From: an uncultured SAR86 cluster bacterium
GTDB taxonomy: Bacteria > Pseudomonadota > Gammaproteobacteria > Magnimaribacterales > D2472
Length of the DNA: 64,000 nt
Direction: 5' to 3'
Assembly: GCA_902556105.1 (NCBI GenBank)
Contig: CACDUZ010000003.1
Location: 49,579-113,578, forward strand
Shown here: piece after piece, positions 36,674-46,139 of the stretch
How the letters are laid out: each line of letters begins with the position of its first letter
How positions within the stretch are numbered: the first letter of the stretch is position 1
Program-made: the position numbers and the translations under genes
The notes under the pieces: generated by a model
Told to the model about the DNA's origin: nothing
Databases searched by the model: none
Seen by the model: the letters and a program-made list of their open reading frames with translations, nothing else

Positions 36674-37186
36674 TTGAACCAAGAATTAGTTACTTATATA
36701 GTTCTTGGTTCATACGAAAGACTTAAAAATCTAAAATTACCATCTTCTAACAAATTTGAGGAATATCTTTCTACAAGATTCTCAGATAAAAGCTCCCTTG
36801 AGAAGGATCTTGATGAATTAATTGCTAATTCAAAAGGTGGCCTCATTGTATTGCTTCCACCATCATCCTTTCCAAGTGTAAATGCAAAAAAGGCACTCAA
36901 AAAGATATCGATGATTGATCTTTCTACCTGGGGTTGGTTTAAGTTCAATAAAAATAACAATGATGTGATTCAGAATCTAAAAAAAATTTCAGCTACTATT
37001 CGGAGCATACCCGACATCGAACAAGGAATATTTTTTACAAAAAGACTTTATTTTTCAGTAGGCGGAATAGGGAAGCTGGGTAAATCACCTTTCAAAGAGA
37101 TTTCTAAAAGATTTTATTCAAGAATTGATCCACAAAATCCATTGCCTGCACTTATAATAAGAACAAAAAATTTTAATATATTTTAA
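36674..37186 (+). CDS. hypothetical protein (TTG start)
   Basis: 170-aa ORF tightly packed between metY and ccmA. No recognisable motif. Confidence 0.35.
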   Translation: MNQELVTYIVLGSYERLKNLKLPSSNKFEEYLSTRFSDKSSLEKDLDELIANSKGGLIVLLPPSSFPSVNAKKALKKISMIDLSTWGWFKFNKNNNDVIQNLKKISATIRSIPDIEQGIFFTKRLYFSVGGIGKLGKSPFKEISKRFYSRIDPQNPLPALIIRTKNFNIF

Positions 37187-37761
37187 TGAATAATAATTAT
37201 CTTATAGTTGCCGAAAATATAGGCTACAAGATCAATGAAAATAAGCTTTTTCATAACCTTTCCTTTGATGTTGCTGAAGGAGAGGCCCTCCATATATGTG
37301 GTGATAATGGTTCTGGTAAATCTACCCTAATAAGAATAATTTTAGGAATAACCAAACAGACAAAAGGCAATATAAAAAATAATTCTTCACATGGAATAAC
37401 TTATCTTGGGCATAAGAATGCCATTAAAAACTACTTAACACTTGAAGATAATATCTTATTAATGGAGCTAAACGATAAAGAAGAGCTTAATAAGTATATT
37501 GAAATACTAAATTTGAGAAAATATATGGATGTAATAGCTGCAAACTTATCTTTTGGCCAACAGAAAAAATTAGCATTGTTAAGAATTTTTCTAAATAACT
37601 CAGACCTAATTATTTTGGATGAGCCTTTTGTTGGTTTAGATATTGAAACTCAAGATATATTGAGTGAGTTCTTAAATAACCAATTAAAAATGAATAAATC
37701 TATTATTTATACCTCGCATATATCGTGTCAGATTGAATCAAAGATATTAAAAATAAATTAA
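37186..37761 (+). CDS. ccmA: cytochrome c biogenesis heme exporter ATPase CcmA
   Basis: Walker A GDNGSGKST, ABC signature LSFGQQKK and Walker B LIILDEP. First gene of the ccm cluster. Confidence 0.85.
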   Translation: MNNNYLIVAENIGYKINENKLFHNLSFDVAEGEALHICGDNGSGKSTLIRIILGITKQTKGNIKNNSSHGITYLGHKNAIKNYLTLEDNILLMELNDKEELNKYIEILNLRKYMDVIAANLSFGQQKKLALLRIFLNNSDLIILDEPFVGLDIETQDILSEFLNNQLKMNKSIIYTSHISCQIESKILKIN

Positions 37762-37767
37762 CTACCA

Positions 37768-38415
37768 ATGAAGATAATAAGATTAGAATTTTTAAAACTA
37801 AAGAAAAAAACTAGAACTTGGCTAGGGCCTGTACTGGTATTTTGGTTAATGATGATCGCATATCCTCTGACCGTAGAATTTCTTCAAGAAAAGCTTGAGG
37901 TTGGTTTTTTCTCAGTGCTATGGATAGCAATTTTGATTTCAATGATGCTTGCAACTGAAGATATATTCTTAGAGGATTTTAATGATGGCACTTTAGAACA
38001 AATAATGATTAAAACCTCATCTTTTTCAACCTTAGTATCTGTAAAAATTCTTACTTATTGGATTTTTGTTGGTATCCCAATTTCAATTCTTAGCTTCATT
38101 TTTTCATTTGGTACCACTGAGGATCTTGCTCTAAGTCTTATGATATTTCCTTTATCTATTATCAGCTCATACATATTTTTAAATCTATTTGTAATGGGTA
38201 ACGCACTTAGCCTTAATAAGGGTTCTGTATTAGGTGCTTTAGTAACTATGCCATTAGCGTTGCCAGTTTTAATTGTCTTGGGAAAAAGCATAATCGCCAT
38301 TCAATTGAGTATTAATTACTTAGGATTTATTTTTTTATTATTGGGCTGCTTATCTATTATAATAGTGACAGTGCCTTTAGTTGTTTCTTATATAATTAAA
38401 GCTCATTTAGAATAA
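37768..38415 (+). CDS. ccmB: heme exporter membrane protein CcmB
   Basis: A 215-aa six-helix hydrophobic protein between ccmA and ccmC. Confidence 0.85.
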   Translation: MKIIRLEFLKLKKKTRTWLGPVLVFWLMMIAYPLTVEFLQEKLEVGFFSVLWIAILISMMLATEDIFLEDFNDGTLEQIMIKTSSFSTLVSVKILTYWIFVGIPISILSFIFSFGTTEDLALSLMIFPLSIISSYIFLNLFVMGNALSLNKGSVLGALVTMPLALPVLIVLGKSIIAIQLSINYLGFIFLLLGCLSIIIVTVPLVVSYIIKAHLE

Positions 38416-38438
38416 AACTATTCAGCACACAATATATA

Positions 38439-39170
38439 GTGATTAAAAAGTTTATACATCAATTTGCTTCGCCCAAAACATATTTATTTCAAGTAAATAA
38501 GTTCTACAACTATATATTCTTTATCTCAGTTTTTATTTATATATCATCAATAACTTGGGGTTTGCTGTTTACTCCTGAAGATTTTGTACAAGGAAACTCT
38601 TTTAGAATAATTTATCTTCATGTACCTGCATCTTTTATATCCCAGTCACTTTATGCAGCGATGGCTGTCTCAAGTATTGTATATCTTGTCTGGAGAGTTA
38701 AGTTGGCTGCCTATTTGGTTATAGCAATAGCTCCAATAGGAGCTATGACTACTTTTATTGCTCTTATATCAGGTTCTATATGGGGAATTCCAACCTGGGG
38801 AACATGGTGGCAATGGGATGCAAGAATAACCTCTACATTAATTTTATTTATTATGTACTTAGGTTTAATCTCATTTCATAATTCATTTAGTAACTATGAA
38901 AAAGCAGACAAGTTATTATCTTGGCTTGTGATAGTTGGCGCAGTAAATATTCCAATAATCAAAAAATCAGTAGACTGGTGGAGCACTCTTCATCAATCAG
39001 CCTCTATAACGCTCACCAATAAACCAAGCATAGACCCATCGATGTTATATCCACTAATTGGATCAATCATTGGATTTTTTGGCTTAATATTATGTTTAGT
39101 TTTACTTTCTTCTAAAAATCAAATCTTAATAAGAGAAAAAACAAAATCTTGGATTAAAGATTATGTTTGA
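38439..39170 (+). CDS. ccmC: heme exporter / heme lyase subunit CcmC
   Basis: WWD motif: WGIPTWGTWWQWDARITS. Confidence 0.9.
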   Translation: MIKKFIHQFASPKTYLFQVNKFYNYIFFISVFIYISSITWGLLFTPEDFVQGNSFRIIYLHVPASFISQSLYAAMAVSSIVYLVWRVKLAAYLVIAIAPIGAMTTFIALISGSIWGIPTWGTWWQWDARITSTLILFIMYLGLISFHNSFSNYEKADKLLSWLVIVGAVNIPIIKKSVDWWSTLHQSASITLTNKPSIDPSMLYPLIGSIIGFFGLILCLVLLSSKNQILIREKTKSWIKDYV

Positions 39171-39330
39171 ATTTGCATTTAATTCTTTTTATGAGGCCAT
39201 ATATATGAATGGACACGGCATTTATGTTTGGAGTGTTTTAGCAATTGTGTGTTTAAGCTTGTTAGTTTTTTTCACACTTTATAGTTCAAAAATTAAGCAA
39301 ATAAAAAAGAAATTAAATGAACCCAATTAG
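39163..39330 (+). CDS. ccmD: heme exporter protein CcmD (55 aa; below the ORF-track cutoff)
   Basis: Hand translation: MFEFAFNSFYEAIYMNGHGIYVWSVLAIVCLSLLVFFTLYSSKIKQIKKKLNEPN. It has the CcmD-like M.GhG.YVW motif plus a single TM helix and a basic tail. It overlaps the ccmC stop and the ccmE start. Confidence 0.7.
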   Translation: MFEFAFNSFYEAIYMNGHGIYVWSVLAIVCLSLLVFFTLYSSKIKQIKKKLNEPN

Positions 39331-39727
39331 AAAGAAAAGAATTTATAGCATACTATTCGTGCTTCTATTTTCAGTTTCTGGTATTTCATTAATACTTTAC
39401 TCACTTAATTCTAATTTAGATTACTTTTTTACGCCTACTGAATTAAAAAAACAAAATATTCCTAGTGATAAGAGAATTAAATTAGGTGGTATGGTCTTAA
39501 AAGGCTCAGTAGAAAGAGAGGCATCAGAGATATCCTTTGTTGTAACTGATTATGAGAATTCATTAAGAGTTATTTATGATGGAATTGTTCCTGATTTATT
39601 TAAAGAAGAAAGTGGTGTAGTCGTTCTTGGTTTCTATAGAGATGATATGATTTATGCTGAAGAGGTCTTAGCCAAGCATGATGAAAATTATATGCCTCCA
39701 AATCTAGATATAAAGAATGATAGTTGA
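39317..39727 (+). CDS. ccmE: cytochrome c-type biogenesis heme chaperone CcmE
   Basis: N-terminal anchor, LGGMVLKGSV, and the heme-binding region VLAKHDENYMPP. Confidence 0.9.
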   Translation: MNPIRKKRIYSILFVLLFSVSGISLILYSLNSNLDYFFTPTELKKQNIPSDKRIKLGGMVLKGSVEREASEISFVVTDYENSLRVIYDGIVPDLFKEESGVVVLGFYRDDMIYAEEVLAKHDENYMPPNLDIKNDS

Positions 39728-41603
39728 AGTTTCTCATTTTTTATCATTGCTAGCTACAGGATTATTTTTTCTAGTTGGTTCTTTTGCACTTCTTACAAAA
39801 CCTTCAGCTTATATTTCAAATCTGATAACTAGAACTTATTCTCATGGCTTTTTATTTTTAATAGCCTCATTTTCAATATATGTATGGCTAGCAATAACAG
39901 ACAACTTTAGTGTCCAATATATTGCTAGTCATTCAAATAGTCAGCTTCCAACTTTTTACAAAATATCATCTATATGGAGTGCTCATGAAGGCTCAATGTT
40001 CTTGTGGATAGTTTTTTTATCATTATGGGGATTTATTTTTAATATCACTATAAAAAATGAACAAATATTAAAATCGAACACAATTGGGATAATATCTTTG
40101 ATTCTTGTTGGCTTTTTATTATTTTTACTTATTACCTCAAATCCTTTTCAGACAATATTGCCAATCGCACCGCTAAATGGAGCAGATATCAACCCAGTCC
40201 TTCAAGACCCTGCATTAGCAATTCATCCTCCAACGCTTTATTTGGGATATGTTGGATTTGTAATACCATTTGCATGCGCTCTTTCTTTTCTAATTAATGG
40301 AGATCCTGGCATTAAATGGGAGTCGTTAATTCAAAAATGGTCAGTTGCTGCATGGATATTTCTAACAATAGGAATCACCCTAGGTAGTTGGTGGGCATAC
40401 TATGAACTAGGTTGGGGTGGTTATTGGTTTTGGGATCCTGTTGAGAATGTGGCATTAATGCCTTGGCTCGCTGCCACTGCATTTATTCACTCTTTAAGTG
40501 TCTCTATTAAATCTTCGAATTTAAGAATATGGACAATATTATTATCTATATCAGTATTTTCCTTAAGTCTTTTTGGTGCATTTATAGTTAGATCTGGAAT
40601 TATTGATAGTGTTCACTCATTTGCTAACGACCCTGAAAGAGGGCTGTATTTACTTGCGTTTATAGGAATAATTATTGTGAGTTCAATGTCTTTGTTTGTA
40701 GCAAAACTTTCAATAATCAAACCCTCTAAAACAATTAAAAGATTTTCAAAAGAATCATTTATATCTATAAATAATATTTTTTTTGGGGCATTAATATTTT
40801 CTGTAATGCTTGGTGTTACATATCCATTAATATATGAATTTTTATTTGACCAGAAGATTAGTGTTGGAGCTCCCTTTTATAACGCAATATTTATACCTAT
40901 GGTTATTCTTGCATGTATATTTATGTTTTTCTCTATTGATTCTAAATGGTCAAGAAGTTTAAATTTTCATTTTTTTATAGCTCCAATATCACTTTCTGTT
41001 ATTTCCTCTATCATTACCACTTTGTTGATAAGTTATATTTTTGACACAAGCAATCTTGCAATATTAATATCATTATTTGCAGGATTCATAGTAGTTTATA
41101 GATATGTAATTGAAATAATGAATTCTTTTTTCATGAAAAAATATCTTAATCCATTTAGTGCGATAGCTCACTTTGCTTTAGGCTTGCTTATAATATCCAT
41201 TTCATTCAACAGCTTGCTAAGCTCTGAGAGAGCATTAAATATCAAAATTAATGAGTTTGAGGAATATAAGGACCTAAAAATTTTCTTTAAAGATATCAAG
41301 GTTTTAAAAAACTCCAATCATGACTCTATTGAAGCAACATTTGTTTTGGAAAATCAAAAAGGTAGGACTTTTGATCTGAGCCCTGAAAAAAGAAGATACT
41401 TTACAAGAGGTCAAATAACTACTGAAACAGCAATTTTTATAATGCCACTAAAAGATATATATATGACTATTGGCGATCAATTGGATGACGGGAGTTGGAT
41501 TGTAAACATACAAATCAATTATTTAATTAGATGGATTTGGTTTTCAGCTGGTTTGATGGCATTTGCTGGTATGGTTTTAATGTTTTCTAAAAGAAATATT
41601 TAA
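39717..41603 (+). CDS. ccmF: cytochrome c heme lyase subunit CcmF
   Basis: 628-aa polytopic protein with WWD motif WWAYYELGWGGYWFWDPVEN. Confidence 0.92.
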   Translation: MIVEVSHFLSLLATGLFFLVGSFALLTKPSAYISNLITRTYSHGFLFLIASFSIYVWLAITDNFSVQYIASHSNSQLPTFYKISSIWSAHEGSMFLWIVFLSLWGFIFNITIKNEQILKSNTIGIISLILVGFLLFLLITSNPFQTILPIAPLNGADINPVLQDPALAIHPPTLYLGYVGFVIPFACALSFLINGDPGIKWESLIQKWSVAAWIFLTIGITLGSWWAYYELGWGGYWFWDPVENVALMPWLAATAFIHSLSVSIKSSNLRIWTILLSISVFSLSLFGAFIVRSGIIDSVHSFANDPERGLYLLAFIGIIIVSSMSLFVAKLSIIKPSKTIKRFSKESFISINNIFFGALIFSVMLGVTYPLIYEFLFDQKISVGAPFYNAIFIPMVILACIFMFFSIDSKWSRSLNFHFFIAPISLSVISSIITTLLISYIFDTSNLAILISLFAGFIVVYRYVIEIMNSFFMKKYLNPFSAIAHFALGLLIISISFNSLLSSERALNIKINEFEEYKDLKIFFKDIKVLKNSNHDSIEATFVLENQKGRTFDLSPEKRRYFTRGQITTETAIFIMPLKDIYMTIGDQLDDGSWIVNIQINYLIRWIWFSAGLMAFAGMVLMFSKRNI

Positions 41604-41606
41604 GTT

Positions 41607-42128
41607 ATGAAAATAGTTTTTAAATTTATTGTTTTAATTTTACCACTTTCGTTAATATTCACTTTTTATTTTCTTCTTACAAATAATGAATCTTATCCAG
41701 GAGCTGACTATGATGTTTTTGATATACCAAAATTTGAGTTAGGAAGTCTTAATAATGACAAAACACTTAATGAGAGTTCTTTAGATAAAGACTTTATTTT
41801 AAATGTATGGGCAAGTTGGTGTATTACGTGCAGGGTAGAACACCCTTATTTAATGAGTCTCAGTAAAAAAGGAATACCTGTAGTTGGACTAAACTATAAA
41901 GATGAGAAGGAGGATGGTCTTGAATGGATTGAAAGATATGGAAATCCTTACAAAACAATTCTATATGACTACAAAGGGACTTTGGCTATGGACCTTGGAG
42001 TAACAGGAGCTCCAGAAACTTTTTTAATTATCGATGGAAAAATTGTTGTTCGTTATCAAGGCGAAGTTAATGAACTCATTTGGAATGACGTTTTCTTACC
42101 TGTAATTGAAAGTAAGGATATCTTTTAG
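41607..42128 (+). CDS. ccmG: thiol:disulfide interchange protein CcmG/DsbE
   Basis: WASWCITC (CXXC) and GAPETFLIDG motifs. Confidence 0.88.
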   Translation: MKIVFKFIVLILPLSLIFTFYFLLTNNESYPGADYDVFDIPKFELGSLNNDKTLNESSLDKDFILNVWASWCITCRVEHPYLMSLSKKGIPVVGLNYKDEKEDGLEWIERYGNPYKTILYDYKGTLAMDLGVTGAPETFLIIDGKIVVRYQGEVNELIWNDVFLPVIESKDIF

Positions 42129-42129
42129 G

Positions 42130-42498
42130 ATGAAATACTTAAGATTTTTTATATTATTTTTGTGTATGAATCTCTGCGCCGACACTTTATATAATTTTGA
42201 AAATGAAAAGGATGAAGCTAGATTCAATAACCTCATAAAGGATATAAGATGCCCTAAATGTATATCAGGTTCGCTATCAAGTTCAAATGCTCCGATATCT
42301 GAAGATTTAAAATTAAAGATTGTTGAAATGATCAAAGAAGATAAAACAGACGAAGAAATAAAAAAATACGTATCAATAAGATTTGGAAAAGAATCACTTT
42401 ATGAGCCTGAGCTCAATAAGCAGACATACTTTCTATGGTATTCACCATTTATTTTATTATTTTTTGCACTATCATTTTTTATTCTAAGAAATAAGTAA
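42130..42498 (+). CDS. ccmH: cytochrome c-type biogenesis protein CcmH
   Basis: IRCPKC (LRCxxC-type) motif and a C-terminal TM helix. The ATG at 42130 directly follows the ccmG stop and yields signal peptide MKYLRFFILFLCMNLCA. The tracked ORF opens at 42106. Confidence 0.8.
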   Translation: MKYLRFFILFLCMNLCADTLYNFENEKDEARFNNLIKDIRCPKCISGSLSSSNAPISEDLKLKIVEMIKEDKTDEEIKKYVSIRFGKESLYEPELNKQTYFLWYSPFILLFFALSFFILRNK

Positions 42499-42501
42499 AA
42501 G

Positions 42502-43287
42502 ATGGTTATTTTTTACCTTTTAACAATATTTGCGGCCCTGCCAATAACTGCATATGTTTTAGCACAAAAAACGAGTCATAAAGGATTAATATTTGGTTCC
42601 ACAATCATTATTCTGACAATTTGCTTGGTACTTTTCATAAGCAAGTTTGCTTTTATAGGGTCTGTACAAAAACAAGTATTAAGTAACAAGATATTTGATC
42701 AAATTTATATAGATGAAAGAATATCTCCTGAATATCTTAACGAAATAAACTCTATTTTAAGCGAGCAGGAGTTAAAAAATTGGTTGATCAACTTATCAGG
42801 TAAATCGATTGATCTAAATAAGCTTAATTCTGCTGAAAGTTTAATAACTTTTTCCGAGAGATTTTTTAATTCCAATGAAGAAAAACTAATCTTCTATGGA
42901 ATGTACACAACACTCAGAGATGCAAAATTTCCTGAATTTAAAGACTCACGTCTTGTTATAGATTCTAATTCATCGACACCCTGTTTGATTGAGAGTGGAA
43001 TTATAAATTTATTTATAATGAATGGACCAGAAATTCCATTAGCAAAAAAAGATTTTCTAGATTTTACAGATATTCAAGTTACAAATTTAGATAGTGTTAT
43101 ACCCGGATTTGACCTTGCTTCAGCTCATTTAAACCAGGAAACAATAGAATTTGGTATTGATATAGTATGTAGTAATAGTAATGAAACTTACTATTTAAAA
43201 AATCTTATAGTTCTTGATAAAAATAAGAGCTTTAATACTTATAAAATTGATTTAAATGAATGGTTAAAAAAATCACAAGAGTTATAA
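42502..43287 (+). CDS. hypothetical membrane protein in the CcmI position
   Basis: Two N-terminal TM helices followed by a soluble domain of about 200 aa. It sits last in the ccm cluster where CcmI normally lies. I could not see TPR-like repeats. Confidence 0.4.
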   Translation: MVIFYLLTIFAALPITAYVLAQKTSHKGLIFGSTIIILTICLVLFISKFAFIGSVQKQVLSNKIFDQIYIDERISPEYLNEINSILSEQELKNWLINLSGKSIDLNKLNSAESLITFSERFFNSNEEKLIFYGMYTTLRDAKFPEFKDSRLVIDSNSSTPCLIESGIINLFIMNGPEIPLAKKDFLDFTDIQVTNLDSVIPGFDLASAHLNQETIEFGIDIVCSNSNETYYLKNLIVLDKNKSFNTYKIDLNEWLKKSQEL

Positions 43288-43314
43288 TATATACCAAGAA
43301 ATTTAACTCTTGAG

Positions 43315-45513
43315 ATGCAGCTAAAACATATAAAACTATCAGGTTTTAAAAGCTTCGTTGATCCAACGAAGATATCATTCCCAACAAATATGGTTGGTGT
43401 TGTAGGTCCCAATGGCTGCGGTAAATCTAATGTAATCGATGCAGTAAGATGGGTACTGGGAGAATTATCAGCTAAGAATCTTAGAGGCGAGTCGATGGTT
43501 GATGTAATTTTTAATGGCTCTGAAAAAAGAAAGGCATCTGGTCAGTGCAGCATAGAACTTTTATTTGATAATTCAACTGCAAAAATTGGTGGTGAATACG
43601 CCTCCTTTAATGAAGTATCTATAAAAAGAGTTATGACAAGAGACGCTCAATCAGATTACTTTATTAATAATACAAAATGTCGTAGAAAAGATGTTCAAGA
43701 TATATTTCTTGGAACAGGACTTGGACCAAGTTCATATGCAATTATCGAACAAGGAATGGTAAGTAAACTTGTAAGTGCAAAACCTGATGAACTTAGAACT
43801 CATTTAGAAGAAGCCGCTGGAGTTTCTAAATATAGAGAAAGAAGAAGAGAGACTGAATCTAGAATAAAAAGAACAAAAGAAAACCTATCAAGAGTTAAAG
43901 ACATAAGAGATGAAATAGCAAGATTAATAAAGCGTCTTGAAAATCAGGCGAAAGCTGCAGATAAATATAATTTGCTTAAGCAAAAAAAATCAAATCTTGA
44001 ACTAGATAAAGCGATAATATTTTCAATTGAAGCAAAAAATAATAGAGATGATCTTCAAAAAAAATTAGATGCTTTAAACAGAGATCTTAAAATTAAAAAT
44101 GCAGAATCTGAAACAATTCAGTCTCAAATAGACCAGTTTAGAACTCAAAATGAATCTGTATTAAATGAATATGAAGCTGCTCAAAAGAATTTTTATTCAA
44201 TAGGTGCTGAAATTGCAAAGAGAGAAGCTAATTTACAAAATATTAATAGAAGTGAATCAGAGACTAAAGAAAGTCTTCAAAAGGCTATCCAAAATCTTGA
44301 AAAGGCAAAAGAAACAGAGAAAAATTTCGATGAATTAAGTCCAAGCGAAAAAGCTATGCATATCTTAGATAGCATTATTAGTACGATTGAAAAATTTCAA
44401 ATAAAGAACGATAGCATTGGGGAAAAAGCAATTGAACTCAAAGGTTTGCTGACAGACATATTAAATATTGCCACCGCTCAATCAAAATCACTTACAGATG
44501 AATATCTTTCAAGGCAAAGTGATCTCGAGGGCCAGATATCTGAGGCTGAAAAACTTAAACTATCAATAGAAAATGAAATGAAGGAATTTGTTGGCAAAAG
44601 TTCAGAGGCTGAATCAATTTTAATATCTTTAAGACAAAAACAATCGAAGTTTAATGACGAGTTAAGAGAGCTTGAAAATAATAAGTCTATATCTGACTTA
44701 GACTCTAGATCAATTTCAGAAAATATTACAAATATACGAATTGAACTTAAAACGTATGAAATTAACTTAGATAATTCAAATAAAAAAATTAAGGAAGCTG
44801 GTATAGATATTGATTCAATTGAATTCTCTGAATATAAAGGAATCACCTTAGATGATTTAGATAATAAGTTAACTGATATAGAAACAAAAATAATAAGATT
44901 GGGAGCAATAAATCTTGCAGCACCTGAGGAAATAGAAGAAGAATCTAAAAGGAAAGAAGATTTAGATAATCAATATAATGATCTTACCGAAGCATTAGAT
45001 AAGCTTACAGGAGCAATTAAAAAAATAGACCAAGAGACCAAAACAATTTTTAAAGATAGTTTTGATTCTGTAAACGTAAAGTTGAAAGAAATGTTTCCTA
45101 AGCTTTTTGGAGGTGGGGTTGCTGAATTAACTTTAACAGATGATGATGCATTAAATGCAGGTGTTATTTTAATGGCTAGGCCACCAGGTAAAAAGAACTC
45201 ATCCATATCTCAATTATCTGGCGGTGAAAAAGCTTTAACTGCTTTAGCTTTGGTATTTGCAATATTTGATCTAAACCCTGCACCATTTTGTCTTCTTGAT
45301 GAGGTTGACGCTCCTCTGGATGATCTTAATACATTAAGATTTATAGATATGGTTGAAGAGATGTCTAAATCAGTTCAATTTATCTTCATTACCCATAATA
45401 AAGTGTCAATGGAAAGAAGCGATCATCTAATGGGTGTTACCATGCAGGAAGCAGGTGTTTCAAGAATGGTTTCTGTAGATGTGAATCAAGCTCTTGAGCT
45501 TGCAGAATCATAG
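43315..45513 (+). CDS. smc: SMC-family chromosome segregation ATPase, unusually short (732 aa)
   Basis: Walker A GPNGCGKSN, Q-loop IIEQG, AAGVSKYRERRRE, C-terminal signature LSGGEKALTALALVFA and Walker B LLDEVDAPLDD. The middle is heptad-like coiled coil only. Confidence 0.8.
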   Translation: MQLKHIKLSGFKSFVDPTKISFPTNMVGVVGPNGCGKSNVIDAVRWVLGELSAKNLRGESMVDVIFNGSEKRKASGQCSIELLFDNSTAKIGGEYASFNEVSIKRVMTRDAQSDYFINNTKCRRKDVQDIFLGTGLGPSSYAIIEQGMVSKLVSAKPDELRTHLEEAAGVSKYRERRRETESRIKRTKENLSRVKDIRDEIARLIKRLENQAKAADKYNLLKQKKSNLELDKAIIFSIEAKNNRDDLQKKLDALNRDLKIKNAESETIQSQIDQFRTQNESVLNEYEAAQKNFYSIGAEIAKREANLQNINRSESETKESLQKAIQNLEKAKETEKNFDELSPSEKAMHILDSIISTIEKFQIKNDSIGEKAIELKGLLTDILNIATAQSKSLTDEYLSRQSDLEGQISEAEKLKLSIENEMKEFVGKSSEAESILISLRQKQSKFNDELRELENNKSISDLDSRSISENITNIRIELKTYEINLDNSNKKIKEAGIDIDSIEFSEYKGITLDDLDNKLTDIETKIIRLGAINLAAPEEIEEESKRKEDLDNQYNDLTEALDKLTGAIKKIDQETKTIFKDSFDSVNVKLKEMFPKLFGGGVAELTLTDDDALNAGVILMARPPGKKNSSISQLSGGEKALTALALVFAIFDLNPAPFCLLDEVDAPLDDLNTLRFIDMVEEMSKSVQFIFITHNKVSMERSDHLMGVTMQEAGVSRMVSVDVNQALELAES

Positions 45514-46116
45514 ATGAGCACAAATTCAGAAATTTATCTTATTGGATTTGCTATAGTAATATTTCTCAGCATTGTCTTTTTATTTATAAGAAAAATATCG
45601 AATGCTGGAAAATTAAAAGTAAAGATTGAATCCTTGCCTGAATCATTTGATGAAGAAATGAGCAATAAAAATCAACAATCATTTGAATTTGAGGCAAATG
45701 AAGATAAAGATCAAGAGCTAGTAATACTTAACTTGATTTCAGTTGATAGATCTTTATTTGATATAGATCAACTTTTTGGATTTCTTTCAAATTATGGAGG
45801 AAAAATTACAAATAAGTTTTTTTTATTTTGTGACGAAAATAGTAAAGAAAAATTCAGAGTAATAAATGCGCTTAATCCAGGAACTTTCGATGAGGACACA
45901 AAGACTTTTGCTATTGCAATTGTTTCAGACATTAATAGTGTTGAAGACCCGCTAAATACTGTAAAAAAAATGATTGAGTTTTCAGTTAGTTTTGCAGAAA
46001 AGTTTCATGCAACCTTGTGCGATCAAGAAAGAACACCAATCACAAAACAAATGATTCTTCACATCGAAACAAAAGCACAAGACGTAGCAAGAATTAAGCA
46101 ACTTAAAAATAGTTAA
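45514..46116 (+). CDS. zipA: cell division protein ZipA (minimal form)
   Basis: N-terminal TM anchor. The C-terminal domain aligns by eye with the E. coli ZipA FtsZ-binding domain (NPGTFDEDTKTF vs KPGTFDPEMKDF; LCDQERTPITKQ vs LDDQRRMMTPQK). Position between smc and the ligase supports the call. Confidence 0.72.
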   Translation: MSTNSEIYLIGFAIVIFLSIVFLFIRKISNAGKLKVKIESLPESFDEEMSNKNQQSFEFEANEDKDQELVILNLISVDRSLFDIDQLFGFLSNYGGKITNKFFLFCDENSKEKFRVINALNPGTFDEDTKTFAIAIVSDINSVEDPLNTVKKMIEFSVSFAEKFHATLCDQERTPITKQMILHIETKAQDVARIKQLKNS

Positions 46117-46139
46117 TATAAATGAGAAAAATTATTTAA

